A stretch of DNA of 63,634 nucleotides, filler included, from Octopus bimaculoides (GCF_001194135.2; 4 parts of 4 records of this genome joined end to end with filler, not necessarily neighbours in it), one strand, 5' to 3'. Shown: positions 38,821-52,223, counted from the first letter of the whole stretch. The notes: a model not told the origin generated them from the sequence alone. Numbers and translations: made by a program.

Positions 38821-39599
38821 ATCCATTATTGGACCTTCATCAGGGAAAAATAAATTTCTAAAAAGGCTCACATGTACTGCGTTTTTAGATATCTATCTAT
38901 CTATCTNNNNNNNNNNNNNNNNNNNNNNNNNNNNNNNNNNNNNNNNNNNNNNNNNNNNNNNNNNNNNNNNNNNNNNNNNNNNTATATATATATATATATA
39001 TATATGTATATGTATGTATATACACACACACACATATATATATGTATGCTCAGATGTACGCATGTATGCGTGTATATATTTGTAGTTATGTATTTATATG
39101 TATACTTGTATACGTATGAATATGTGTGTGTACTTATGCATTCACGTCAACAGTAGATAATTTCAAGTTTTTAGTATCAGATTGAGGACGAAGTTGAACC
39201 TGTTTCTACGTGGATCACTGCACACCACGGCCACAGCGCAATAAATTTCACTAACATTTTCTTAAATCGAGAAATAATTTCAGTCTTGCGTTCCTGCTGT
39301 TTTTCAAGAGTATACATGCAAACACCCCACTCACACACACAAACACACACACTCACACACACAAGCACATATACATGCATACATATACACGCGAAACACA
39401 CATATATTGTGTATTAAACGGAAGACATCAACAGACCACTATAACGCTGGAGACTGGCTGCTCTCCTGTAACAAAGGTTTTTGGTAATAATGGCCGCCCA
39501 AGTAGTTAAAGAGAATACCCATTATCCTTTTTAAATACTTGTACCAAATCATCATCACCACCAATATAATAATTATTATTTTTATTATTTTATTATTAC

Positions 39600-39650
<51 letters not shown>

Positions 39651-39818
39651 GAAGAGACACGTCAAAATGTTACAGCTTATGATATATATTTGTTTGGGTG
39701 CGTGTGTGTGTGTGTATGTGTGTATGTGTGCACGCGTTTGCGTGTGTATGTACATACATACAAATATATGTATGTATGTATATATATATGTATATATATA
39801 TATATATGTATATATGTG

Positions 39819-39854
<36 letters not shown>

Positions 39855-40971
39855 AGTGTGTTTCTTTTTATATTACGATGGAAATATTTACATAAAAACT
39901 TTGAAGTACAACGAAATGGTGACGTTGTAATGGCGTTGTCTCTTAGAGTGATATTGTTATTCATCCTTTGTTGTTAATGTCTGACGTCTGACGAATGAAT
40001 GGAATTGGTGCAGTGAGGTGAGATGCTACTTAAAGAGAAGAGAGTGATTACGTTTCTTGGAGGCACGGATTTAAAAAAATTTATTTATTTATTTAGTTAA
40101 CTATTTTCGTTTTTGGCTCGTGACTAGTTTTGGTCGCTGCCAAGACACTTAACTCAATTCTTTTGTGTCTTTACCCTAATTGAGAAATCATAGTGTTTGA
40201 CAACAACTTCCAAACTGTAAAACTAACCATTTTGTATCTACTTTGGATTGTTAATGCTCAAAAACGAACCAAAGTATTCAAGAACGAACAGAAGAAACAA
40301 GATATTTTTTTTTTCTTTTAAGAACTCGAAAAAATAAAGATTAAGACGAAATTCTAAACATACAAAATACATCCGTCTAACAGCTGTTTTCATCGTTTCG
40401 GCTTCAATAGATTTCACCCTTAAATACTTGTCTATCTCTTGATAGAGATCTTGTAATTTGCAAGAAACCATTTAGATAGACCTTTACCATCTGAGAAGCA
40501 TGATAATTATAGACGCCATCTTGTTAGGTATATTAACGATGGAGATATCTTGTTGTCAGTCAATAAACATAAAAAACCTTTTAATTGNNNNNNNNNNNNN
40601 NNNNNNNNNNNNNNNNNNNNNNNNNNNNNNNNNNNNNNNNNNNNNNNNNNNNNNNNNNNNNNNNNNNNNNNNNNNNNNNNNNNNNNNNNNNNNNNNNNNN
40701 NNNNNNNNNNNNNNNNNNNNNNNNNNNNNNNNNNNNNNNNNNNNNNNNNNNNNNNNNNNNNNNNNNNNNNNNNNNNNNNNNNNNNNNNNNNNNNNNNNNN
40801 NNNNNNNNNNNNNNNNNNNNNNNNNNNNNNNNNNNNNNNNNNNNNNNNNNNNNNNNNNNNNNNNNNNNNNNNNNNNNNNNNNNNNNNNNNNNNNNNNNNN
40901 NNNNNNNNNNNNNNNNNNNNNNNNNNNNNNNNNNNNNNNNNNNNNNNNNNNNTGTTCTTCTTCTTCTTCTT

Positions 40972-41263
<292 letters not shown>

Positions 41264-41286
41264 TGTATGTGTGTGCGCGTGCATGC

Positions 41287-41318
<32 letters not shown>

Positions 41319-41707
41319 AAATGTATACATGTAAACATGTTTCGGAATCAAACCCAAAACCACGTGTTTGTTACGCAACCACCTGTCTCAACCACACAGC
41401 CATATAAACATAATACGTCATAACTTAGAATTTTTGCAGATCTTCAGAGGTTCTAGTAGTGTTTACATGTGTAACGGAAATAATACTTTATTAACTTACG
41501 AAGATGCTAATGGCTACAAACCAAAGACCAAAGATAGCCGTCAAGTTCAATTCTACATAAAAAAAAAAAAATTATTAATTAAAAGATGCAGTGATATGTC
41601 ATATATTTTTTAGATATATTCTTTCTATTATATATTAAGTTCGTTGCTTACGGAGTTCTGACTGGGACTTTCTTGTAAAGAAACAAATGTCCGACAAACG
41701 TCCAACA

Positions 41708-41709
<2 letters not shown>

Positions 41710-41772
<63 letters not shown>

Positions 41773-41811
41773 GTTATTATCATCATCATCATCATCATCA
41801 TTATTATTATT
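41710..41811. repeat. (ATT)n/(ATC)n microsatellite abutting the homeobox-exon splice acceptor
   Basis: ...ATTATTATTATTACAG|TAATG; AG at 41814-41815. Confidence 0.95.
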
Positions 41812-41815
41812 ACAG

Positions 41816-42150
41816 TAATGGAAGAAGACAGCAGTAAAAACAAGGCATGCAAGAAGGGTTTGAACTTAAAATCTGAAAATAACATTCTGGAATTAAAACC
41901 TTCGTCTCTAAGCAAAGTGTTGGAATTTGGCCAGCATCGGTCTGAGACTCCGGAAGGTCTAAACTTGACGGACAATCTGAAGGCAGCCGAAAGGTGTGAG
42001 CTGAAGAGGAAGAAGAGGCGCAACCGGACAACATTTACCAGTTTTCAGCTGGATGAATTAGAAAGAATTTTTCAGAAGACTCATTATCCGGATGTCTATG
42101 CTCGGGAGCAGTTGGCCCTGCGTTGTGATCTTACTGAAGCGCGGGTTCAG
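41816..42150 (+). CDS. Alx: Internal exon of an Alx-family (Cart1/Alx4-like) paired-class homeobox gene; encodes 65 aa of linker plus homeodomain residues 1-46
   Basis: [49 protein letters not shown] closely resembles, as recalled, vertebrate ALX4 ([47 protein letters not shown]) and echinoderm Alx1 (...[15 protein letters not shown]), and differs from Arx (QRRYR, VFTREEL). Acceptor TACAG| (phase 1); donor CAG|GTGAGT at 42151 (phase 0) is the conserved PRD-class intron between residues 46 and 47. Confidence 0.92.
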
Positions 42151-42324
42151 GTGAGTGTGAAATATTGTCATTAAGGGCAAACTGATTGATTGGGCAGGTG
42201 GGTGTTTGGCCAGTGAAGGGTTGGGGTAGGGTATGAGTGAATGTGTGGATGTGTATGAGTTGGTGCGTGTGTGTATGAGAGTTCATGTGTGTGTGTGCGC
42301 GCGCGCTTGTGTGTTCTTTCATTT

Positions 42325-42450
42325 TCCGTTTACAAAATCCTCTCACAAGGCTTCAATCAGAGACTGCAGTAGAAGACACTTCTCCAAGGTGCCATTTAGT
42401 GGAACTGAACCCGAAGCCATGTGGTTAGGAAGCAAAGATCTTACCGTACA
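42325..42450 (-). mobile_element. SINE family A, 5' half
   Basis: TTTCCGTTTACAAAATCCTCTCACAAGGCTT...GAAGACACTT.TCCAAGGTGCC...CATGTGGTTAGGAAGCAAG. Confidence 0.75.
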
Positions 42451-42476
42451 GCCATGCCTCATATATATAAACGTTG

Positions 42477-42510
<34 letters not shown>

Positions 42511-42665
42511 TGTATGTATGTATGTCTTGGAACCACAAACGAGAGAAATGGTATTTGACACGATTAGTAGAGCTTATTTGTTTAAAAACTGAAGACTTTC
42601 GGCAATGTACTCGGAGTTCGTCGCCACGTGCGATTGTTTTGAGCGACAGTAATGCGTACGCACTC

Positions 42666-42698
<33 letters not shown>

Positions 42699-43483
42699 TG
42701 TGGGGGCGCACGTGTGTATGTGTGTATGTGTATTATACATGTATGTGTATAGTATAAACTCCATATTGCGTAATACAAAACCAGAGTGCGTGCAATATAT
42801 ACACTCTGATATATTTCCATTTCTTTACGCAGAAAGGATTTAAAATAAATTAGTTTTAATTAGATTCGCTGTTAAACTCTTAAAATAAATCCCATTCTAT
42901 TTAATTGTGTGTGTGTGTGTATATATGTGTGCATGTGTGTGTGTGTAGCATTTATATACATTGTGTATGCCAAAAATATATATATGAAAAAAAAAGAATC
43001 CAGCAAACAGAAGGGCTGTTTTTGGATTTGAAACCTGATACCTAGTGACGTTGTGACAGAAGGAAAGGTTCTATAAATGGTGTGAAACCGAAGAAATTCG
43101 AGATAATCAGTGTCGAATGCCTGCATGGTGATATATANNNNNNNNNNNNNNNNNNNNNNNNNNNNNNNNNNNNNNNNNNNNNNNNNNNNNNNNNNNNNNN
43201 NNNNNNNNNNNNNNNNNNNNNNNNNNNNNNNNNNNNNNNNNNNNNNNNNNNNNNNNNNNNNNNNNNNNNNNNNNNNNNNNNNNNNNNNNNNNNNNNNNNN
43301 NNNNNNNNNNNNATATACATATATATGTGTGTTTGTGTGCAAATATATCCACCGTCATCCTTATGTACAAAAATATCAAAAGTAGTATAAAAAACATTAT
43401 AGTATATGTGTAATTAGAAAAATTAAATTAAATATCCGATTATTTAATTAATTAGATGTTATATACATTCTAGAAGTTGGTGC

Positions 43484-43524
<41 letters not shown>

Positions 43525-43724
43525 GCACACACATACACATACTAATCTTCAGATATGTGTGTAAGCGTGCGTGTGTAAGGAGAGATAGATAGAAAGAGAG
43601 GGGGTTAGAGAGAAAAGACGATGCGTGTGTGTGTAACAGTGTGGAAAGGAAGAGAGAAATTGTCTGTGTTTGTGTTAGTGGCGGGGGAGGGGGCGTTAGA
43701 AAGAGAAAAGATAGGCGAAATGAC

Positions 43725-44059
43725 TGTTGCGGCTGCTGTTGTTGTTGTGTAGACGCTCAACGACATGGCGCGAATGACAGATCCATCTTGCTTGTTACAA
43801 TTTGTCTCGAAGTAGCTAATGACCGACCATACTTTACAATGTAGCATGCAGTGATGAATTGTGTGGGGCGTAGTATGACGTTATTCTGGGAATATTGCTG
43901 CCTGTTCATTGTCCAGATCCTGGCGGTATTTACAGTGATGATGGTAAAAAGAGAACTTAGAGCTTCACGGTTGCGGTTCCTTTGCGTTTATTGTTGGTTA
44001 AGAGCATCTCTACATCCCATCACATTGTTTGAAGCTAGTTAGGCTTATTGATGTAGCTA

Positions 44060-44151
<92 letters not shown>

Positions 44152-45260
44152 ATGAGTTAGAGAAATAATGTATTTAGAATAGTAGAGTAGTTCTTTGTGG
44201 GCGTTGTACACGTTTAGTAGCTTTTCATATCCTAACAGGGTCCCTGTGTATCACAGCTTGTTGCCGCAACAAACTGTGTCTTTCACATCTCCAGTTGGTC
44301 TTTCAGTTTTCCTATCTTTGTTTCGTAGTGTAAATGTTCTGAAGATGTGTTCTCTGTATAACTTGTGTATAACTTATGTGGTCTGTTTACCACCTGTTAA
44401 AATACGTAGAGTGTGTGTTTGTTGTTTATTGTGGCTTGCTGAGGAGAAATTTGGGGTCCTGATAGAAGAGGCATAGTCCATGATAGATCTAACATATTGT
44501 TTGTCCACCCATGTCGATGTGCTTTCTTCTGTTGGCCGAATGTGATGCCCTTCAGTGCTCTAAGTAAGTTTGTGCATCGTTTTGCCTTCCTTACTATGTC
44601 TTCTATGAATGAGGCGAATGTCATGCAGAAATTCTATATAACTCCTAGTGTTTTCGCTTTCTGTTTAGTTAAGTTAATATTGTGGTATGTTAAGTTATTA
44701 CTGTAATATGTTTATATTAAGTGGTATGTTTGCATTTGATATTGTCTGGTGTTGCTGGCAAAAAGAGAGACAGTGTATTTAATTGGTAAGTCTGTTGTTG
44801 TGGAACCAGGTTTCCAACTAATTGAAGTAGAATTGGGAGAGCTACGCAGCAGTGTGTCTAGAGAATATGAATGCCTTATCATTTCTGTATGTAATTGTCT
44901 GTATTTCTCAGAAATGAATAAAATCATTTATCCACCGTCTTAAGGGGTATTTTTTACCTGATTTTCTAAAGCCGTCTTCAGAACCATGTTCCTGCATTTC
45001 AAATTTCTTGTATTTCTAAGAAATACCAACTCATTCGACGCTTTAGTGTTTGTAACTGTCTATGTTTTATGGCGGTGTGGATTATTCAGATATAGGAAAA
45101 TGCAGGCGACAAGATGGATTCCTGTAGTAGTTCATTCGGCAGAATTGCAGTTTCTGGGGTCGACAGTCTTATACACTCTACATAATTAACGGAGAGACAC
45201 TTTGTTTTCAGCATTTTATGTTGTCTTTTGAAGTGGAATTGTGTATGTTTGAATGTGTGA
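43725..45260 (-). mobile_element. Decayed I/Jockey-group LINE (RT C-terminal half to (ACA)n tail), split by (GT)n at 44062-44148
   Basis: TLGVI*NFCMTFASFIEDIVRKAKRCTNLLRALKGITFGQQK (about 44655-44525) matches the LGV.FD..LTF..HI..I..KA......L..L.G..WG..KE motif; DGFRKS near 44970; reverse-complement 3' end TCTACACAACAACAACAGC near 43740. Confidence 0.7.
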
Positions 45261-45319
45261 ATAATAGCGAACAGAGTCGAAAACTTAATTGAAGTTTCCG
45301 TATATATATATATATATGC

Positions 45320-45357
<38 letters not shown>

Positions 45358-46318
45358 NNNNNNNNNNNNNNNNNNNNNNNNNNNNNNNNNNNNNNNNNNN
45401 NNNNNNNNNNNNNNNNNNNNNNNNNNNNNNNNNNNNNNNNNNNNNNNNNNNNNNNNNNNNNNNNNNNNNNNNNNNNNNNNNNNNNNNNNNNNNNNNNNNN
45501 NNNNNNNNNNNNNNNNNNNNNNNNNNNNNNNNNNNNNNNNNNNNNNNNNNNNNNNNNNNNNNNNNNNNNNNNNNNNNNNNNNNNNNNNNNNNNNNNNNNN
45601 NNNNNNNNNNNNNNNNNNNNNNNNNNNNNNNNNNNNNNNNNNNNNNNNNNNNNNNNNNNNNNNNNNNNNNNNNNNNNNNNNNNNNNNNNNNNNNNNNNNN
45701 NNNNNNNNNNNNNNNNNNNNNNNNNNNNNNNNNNNNNNNNNNNNNNNNNNNNNNNNNNNNNNNNNNNNNNNNNNNNNNNNNNNNNNNNNNNNNNNNNNNN
45801 NNNNNNNNNNNNNNNNNNNNNNNNNNNNNNNNNNNNNNNNNNNNNNNNNNNNNNNNNNNNNNNNNNNNNNNNNNNNNNNNNNNNNNNNNNNNNNNNNNNN
45901 NNNNNNNNNNNNNNNNNNNNNTATATATATATATATATATTTGAATAGTTGTGCAGGATTGTGTTTATATAACCTCGCAATTGCGGAAGTCTGTTTGAAA
46001 CCTCTATAGTTAAAGGTAGTTCAGAGGTCAGATGCGTTTTTTCCACATAAGTGCATATTGTAAGACTTATATATGAGAATGTAGACACATGTCAAGCAAT
46101 ATATAAATATATAGCTTGACATATGTATGGTGTATAACATTTCTTATACATGCATAGATAGATAAATACAAACATACATGCATACATACATAAATACGTA
46201 CATATATTACATACAAAAACAATAAATATCCAAACATATATACATACATACATCCATTCCTACACGAATATGTATATATGTACTAACATTTTTATATATA
46301 TGCTTAAATACATAAGCA

Positions 46319-46367
<49 letters not shown>

Positions 46368-47255
46368 NNNNNNNNNNNNNNNNNNNNNNNNNNNNNNNNN
46401 NNNNNNNNNNNNNNNNNNNNNNNNNNNNNNNNNNNNNNNNNNNNNNNNNNNNNNNNNNNNNNNNNNNNNNNNNNNNNNNNNNNNNNNNNNNNNNNNNNNN
46501 NNNNNNNNNNNNNNNNNNNNNNNNNNNNNNNNNNNNNNNNNNNNNNNNNNNNNNNNNNNNNNNNNNNNNNNNNNNNNNNNNNNNNNNNNNNNNNNNNNNN
46601 NNNNNNNNNNNNNNNNNNNNNNNNNNNNNNNNNNNNNNNNNNNNNNNNNNNNNNNNNNNNNNNNNNNNNNNNNNNNNNNNNNNNNNNNNNNNNNNNNNNN
46701 NNNNNNNNNNNNNNNNNNNNNNNNNNNNNNNNNNNNNNNNNNNNNNNNNNNNNNNNNNNNNNNNNNNNNNNNNNNNNNNNNNNNNNNNNNNNNNNNNNNN
46801 NNNNNNNNNNNNNNNNNNNNNNNNNNNNNNNNNNNNNNNNNNNNNNNNNNNNNNNNNNNNNNNNNNNNNNNNNNNNNNNNNNNNNNNNNNNNNNNNNNNN
46901 NNNNNNNNNNNNNNNNNNNNNNNNNNNNNNNNNNNNNNNNNNNNNNNNNNNNNNNNNNNNNNNNNNNNNNNNNNNNNNNNNNNNNNNNNNNNNNNNNNNN
47001 NNNNNNNNNNNNNNNNNNNNNNNNNNNNNNNNNNNNNNNNNNNNNNNNNNNNNNNNNNNNNNNNNNNNNNNNNNNNNNNNNNNNNNNNNNNNNNNNNNNN
47101 NNNNNNNNNNNNNNNNNNNNNNNNNNNNNNNNNNNNNNNNNNNNNNNNNNNNNNNNNNNNNNNNNNNNNNNNNNNNNNNNNNNNNNNNNNNNNNNNNNNN
47201 NNNNNNNNNNNNNNNNNNNNNNNNNNNNNNNNNNNNNNNNNNNNNNNNNNATGTG

Positions 47256-47299
<44 letters not shown>

Positions 47300-47394
47300 T
47301 ACATGTATATATATACATGTATATATACATATATACATGTATATATATATGTATATATACATATATACATATATATATGTATATATACACACAC

Positions 47395-47770
47395 ATATTC
47401 TTTTATTTGTTTCAGTCACTTGACTGTGGCCATGCTGGAGCACCGCCTTTTAGTCGAGCAAAACGACCCCAGGACTTATTCTTTGTAAGCCTAGTACTTA
47501 TTTTATCGGATCTTTTTTGCCGAACCGCTAGGTTATACGGTGGCGGAAACACACCTGCATCGCTTGTCAAGCGATGGTTGGGAAGGACAAACACAGACAC
47601 ACATATACGACGGGTTTCTTTCAGTTTCCGTCTACTAAATGCACAGACAAGGCTTTGGTCGGCCCGCGGCTATAGTAGAAGACACTTGCCCAAGGTGCCA
47701 CTGAACCCAGAACCATGTGGTTGGTAATACGGTTGGTAAGCAAGCTACTTACCATAGAGCTACTCCTGCA
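47395..47770 (-). mobile_element. SINE family A, near full length
   Basis: TTTCAGTCACTTGACTGTGGCCATGCTGGAGCACCGCC ... GGCTATAGTAGAAGACACTTGCCCAAGGTGCC ... CATGTGGTTGGTAAGCAAGCTACTTACC. Confidence 0.9.
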
Positions 47771-48408
47771 CCTATATACATTTATACATACACACTCACA
47801 CACATACATATGCATAAATATATATGCATATATATATGTGTGTGCGTATTCATATACATATATATATATGTATGGACGTGTGTATTTGCATGTGTATCTT
47901 TGTGTCTGTGTGTATATGCATAGTATATATATATCTGATATATATGTGTGCGTGTGTGTGTGTAGTGATTTGTTTGTTTGTTAGTAGTCCAGTGTATGTT
48001 CTTTGACATGATACAACGCAACAAACCATAATGGATGAATAAAGAACTGAGTTGGTTCTTCAGGTTTGTTTCTGTTTGAGGAAGCGGGAACGTCAGAGTC
48101 ACGTGTTATTTAACCTCGCCTGGCTGTGCAACATGGCGTGCTGAGTGTGGCTTTTAAATTATTGCTCTTTATTGTGGAAGATATTTCCCAAAGCAGACGA
48201 CCGAAAATTACTGATAAAATAGATAATATCTTCACACATACGTGTGTCTTCATGTCTTCATTAAAATTCTGACAACTACCATTTATCGTCTTACCTTTCC
48301 ATTGTTGTCTAATTTTCCTTCAATGTTTATTTCGTTGCTTTTTAATATTTCTGTAATTAAATGTAGAAAGATGTTACAAACATGTATTCATGTCAAAAAT
48401 GTAATATC

Positions 48409-48472
<64 letters not shown>

Positions 48473-48889
48473 TCATACACACACACACACACACACACAC
48501 ATAGTGCGCGCGCGCACTTTGTATTGAAACACGAGCGTGGTTTTTCGTTTCTATGAAGTCTCTTACAGTAGTTTAAAAACGATAATATTCCAAGGTTTAT
48601 AATCTTAGACCTTCACCGTCTCATCTTCAGAATGAAACGATATTGGTATGTATTGCTACCTCTCATCTTTCATGGTCTCATCCTCAAGATGCATTGATAT
48701 TGATGTGTTTTGCTCCCTCTTTAACATAGGCAAGGCCAAGAACACTGATGAAGCGTGGATTGATCTCTACATCCTCATTAGTCAGGTGTTTATATTTGTT
48801 TGCGTCTCCTGTATCTTAACCGCACATTTAAACAAGCACATTGCTGTATTATGAAAAATACTTCCATTATTAAACGTTTATAAGGCAAT

Positions 48890-49065
48890 AAGATGGCTGA
48901 ATCGTTACTGCCCCGGACAAAATGCTCAGCGGCATTTTGTCTGTTTTTATGTTCTGAGTTCAAAAACCACCGAGGTCGCCTTTGCCTTTCATCCTTTCGG
49001 TGTCAGCTACTCCACTCCGCGAATTTGCTAGTCTGGTGCCAAATTTTGAAACCATTATTAAACAT
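48890..49065 (+). mobile_element. SINE family C
   Basis: TGGCTGAATCGTTACTGCCCCGGACAAAATGCTCAGCGGCATTTTGTCTG...GTTCTGAGTTCAAA...GAGGTCGCCTTTGCCTTTCATCCTTTCGG. Confidence 0.75.
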
Positions 49066-49546
49066 TTATTTTGAGAACTCTGAAAAATTGCTTTCTCTTG
49101 TTATTGCTTTGTGAGGGAAGCGCAGACTTTCGTAACCGTATGGCGAACCTCACAGTGACTTATAAATTCCCCTGCGAACGTACAAATTTAAAATTTTCCT
49201 ACTCCAAAGGGATTTCTGTGTCATATCCTACAACAACCCATCCGCCATTCTATTATTTTAACTCCTTTGTGTTGTAATAAAACAGTGAAAACATACATTA
49301 TTAAAATAACATTTATGTTTACTAAGATGTTTATATTCGTACACAAGTTCAAAGTTATGTCTTTGTGTCCAGCCTGACTACAAGAGTTTTCATATATACA
49401 CCATGAACGTCTGATTATGCGTGTGTGTGTGTGTGTGTGTGTGTGTNNNNNNNNNNNNNNNNNNNNNNNNNNNNNNNNNNNNNNNNNNNNNNNNNNNNNN
49501 NNNNNNNNNNNNNNNNNNNNNNNNNNNNNNNNNNNNNNNNNNNNNN

Positions 49547-49589
<43 letters not shown>

Positions 49590-49934
49590 ATGCACACACA
49601 CACACACAGACACATTCATATATACACTCACAATAAGGTCCATTATTTTGATGCATAGACTGAGATTGAAGTGTAAAACAATTAAGGTTGGTGTGTATAT
49701 AAGTAAAGTTGGTGTATATACAACTAAAATGGTATATATATACAACCTAGCTTGACGTGTACAGAATAACGTTGCTGCGTGTAGAATTAAATGTTGAGGT
49801 GTGTTTGTGCGTATCGTATTCCCTACACAAATCCCCATGTGTGTAGAAAATTTTTTGCGAGTGTATAACCCAGTTTGATGTCTTCCACCAGCCCCATAAT
49901 GACGCGTGTATAATTAAAATAATGAAGCACTTAC

Positions 49935-50259
49935 CTTTGTTATTGTGTATATATGTAACTTTGGTGTTTCCCAAAATTTCATCAATTGAATGCTGGTTGT
50001 TGTTCGTGGTCACTCTCTGCGGCCCTTCGATTAAAGATCGATGAAGAAAGGTACTGGTGCAACTTAAACTGTCTCTGGCAGCCTGATTCCTTTCGTTGGC
50101 ACCTGTAACTATACCGTTTAAGGGCAGCAATGACATCCCTGTTGTGCCTTGCAGACTCACTTTCTCTTCCGCCGGATCCAAACATTGGAAGAAATAATTA
50201 TCGCAATAGACTTCTCTCTCTGCCTTGATATAGGCTGATGAAACGCCAGCCATCCTCAT
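49935..50259 (-). CDS. Putative first coding exon (108 codons + 1 nt) of a homeobox-type transcription factor with an eh1/octapeptide motif; candidate Alx exon 1
   Basis: ATG at 50259 (CCACCAATGAGGATGG), complex non-repetitive peptide MRMAGVSSAY...NNNQHSIDEILGNTKVTYIHNNK, and a consensus donor AAAG|GTAAGT at 49934 (phase 1). HSIDEILG resembles the Pax3/7 (HSIDGILG) and Rx (HSIEAILG) octapeptides. Confidence 0.75.
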
Positions 50260-50771
50260 TGGTGGTGGTCGAGGGTTTCAGGGGGTGGGGGGAGAGGAGG
50301 ACGGAGTGGAAATAGTAATAGGAGTAGTGATAGTGGTAGTAGTAGTAGTAGAAGTGGGGTAGGGCCGGGAGAACAGGAAGAGGGGTGAGGGGAAAAGTCG
50401 GGAGAAGGGGTGGTGTATTGTCTGGTTCCCTATTTGGGACCCACTTGTCTCGTTTTTTATCTTTTTTTTGAAGATTCTTTTAGAATTGCTGTCTCATATT
50501 GTTGTTGTTGTTGTTAGTGGTGGTGTTGGTGGCGGTGGTGGTATCACTGTTTATCAATGTTGTTGCTACTGATGATGATGATGATGGTGATGAAAACGAG
50601 GTAAATGAGGAGAATGGGAAAGATGAAGAGGATGCGGAGGGTGGGGGCGGGAATCTTTGTGGAAATAATGTTGTATAATGAAGAATCGGTGAAAATGGNN
50701 NNNNNNNNNNNNNNNNNNNNNNNNNNNNNNNNNNNNNNNNNNNNNNNNNNNNNNNNNNNNNNNNNNNNNNN

Positions 50772-50818
<47 letters not shown>

Positions 50819-51475
50819 GTATGTATTTATATATATGCGCCCATGTGTGTTGGTATGTATGAGTATATATATATGTATATATATAAATGTGTATATATAT
50901 TGCTAATGTCTGTTTTTATGCTTAGCTATAATATAAAGCAATTTTTACATTAATCTAATTAATCTCTATACGTTTGTAGAGTACAAGTTTATTGTTAAAC
51001 AAGAATATTGTTGACAGGGACTTCGAAGTTTCGGCCAGTTAAGCCATATATGTGTGTGTGTGTGTGTATGAATACGTATATGTATATGTGTATATACATA
51101 TGTCTGTGCATGTGTGTATGTGTGTGTGTGTATGCGCGTATGTATGCGCAGAATACAAAATTTTGTTTACAAACTTGCTTACAAACAAAAGAGTACTCAA
51201 TACCTGATGCAGAGTTTATATTTAGTAGAAACCTATATGTCGTGGGTGTTAACGCGTGTATATTTGAAAATATACATTTTATTTACAAACGATACGTTGG
51301 ACACATAATACTTGATGTACAAGTTTGTATTTATTACAAGTCGGACGATGATATACATATATGTAAATATATAGATGTGTGATGTGTGTATATATATTTT
51401 AATGCCGGGTTTTAAGTGTTTCTATGTGTGTTTAAGGACTTTCCCATCCGTGTCAATTATTAACGTGGCGGTTGG

Positions 51476-51523
<48 letters not shown>

Positions 51524-51722
51524 TCTTCTTCTTTCCAGTTAATAAATTGTGTCGCCTCTATACATATTGTCCTGAAGACAACTGGAATGTTTCACAATAA
51601 AATATATAACAATGCAGAAGAACCTTCCAAGGCTGGCCTTCACTTAAACCTGATGCCGTGTTTTTTATTCCTTTCCTCCATTCCTTGTTTGGTTATTCCT
51701 GGTAAATTCCGTTTTCTTGTTG

Positions 51723-51793
<71 letters not shown>

Positions 51794-52094
51794 CTGTGAC
51801 GTCGTTCTTCAGCATTTGACTTTCGTCTTCAAACAAATTTAGCTTTTATATCGAAGACAACATGCTGCTAAATATATAACGCATATACACTTGCATATTT
51901 ATATATGAATATATATTTATATAATGTATATGTGTGTGTATGTATGTATATATGTATGTATATGTATATGTTTGTTCAACTGCAGGTGTATTTCCAGCTT
52001 CCCAAAATTTTAACAAGTAGTCGAAGAATTCTTTTGACCCAATATAATCGCTCCTATAACTATTTAAACAGGCACACACATACACACACACACA

Positions 52095-52131
<37 letters not shown>

Positions 52132-52223
52132 NNNNNNNNNNNNNNNNNNNNNNNNNNNNNNNNNNNNNNNNNNNNNNNNNNNNNNNNNNNNNNNNNNNNN
52201 NNNNNNNNNNNNNNNNNNNNNNN

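Noticed and set aside
49040-49060. Minus-strand TGGTTTCAAAAT (WFQN)
   Set aside because: Followed by LAP rather than RRAK; it is the 3' module of SINE family C, also seen near 36926 and 2055.
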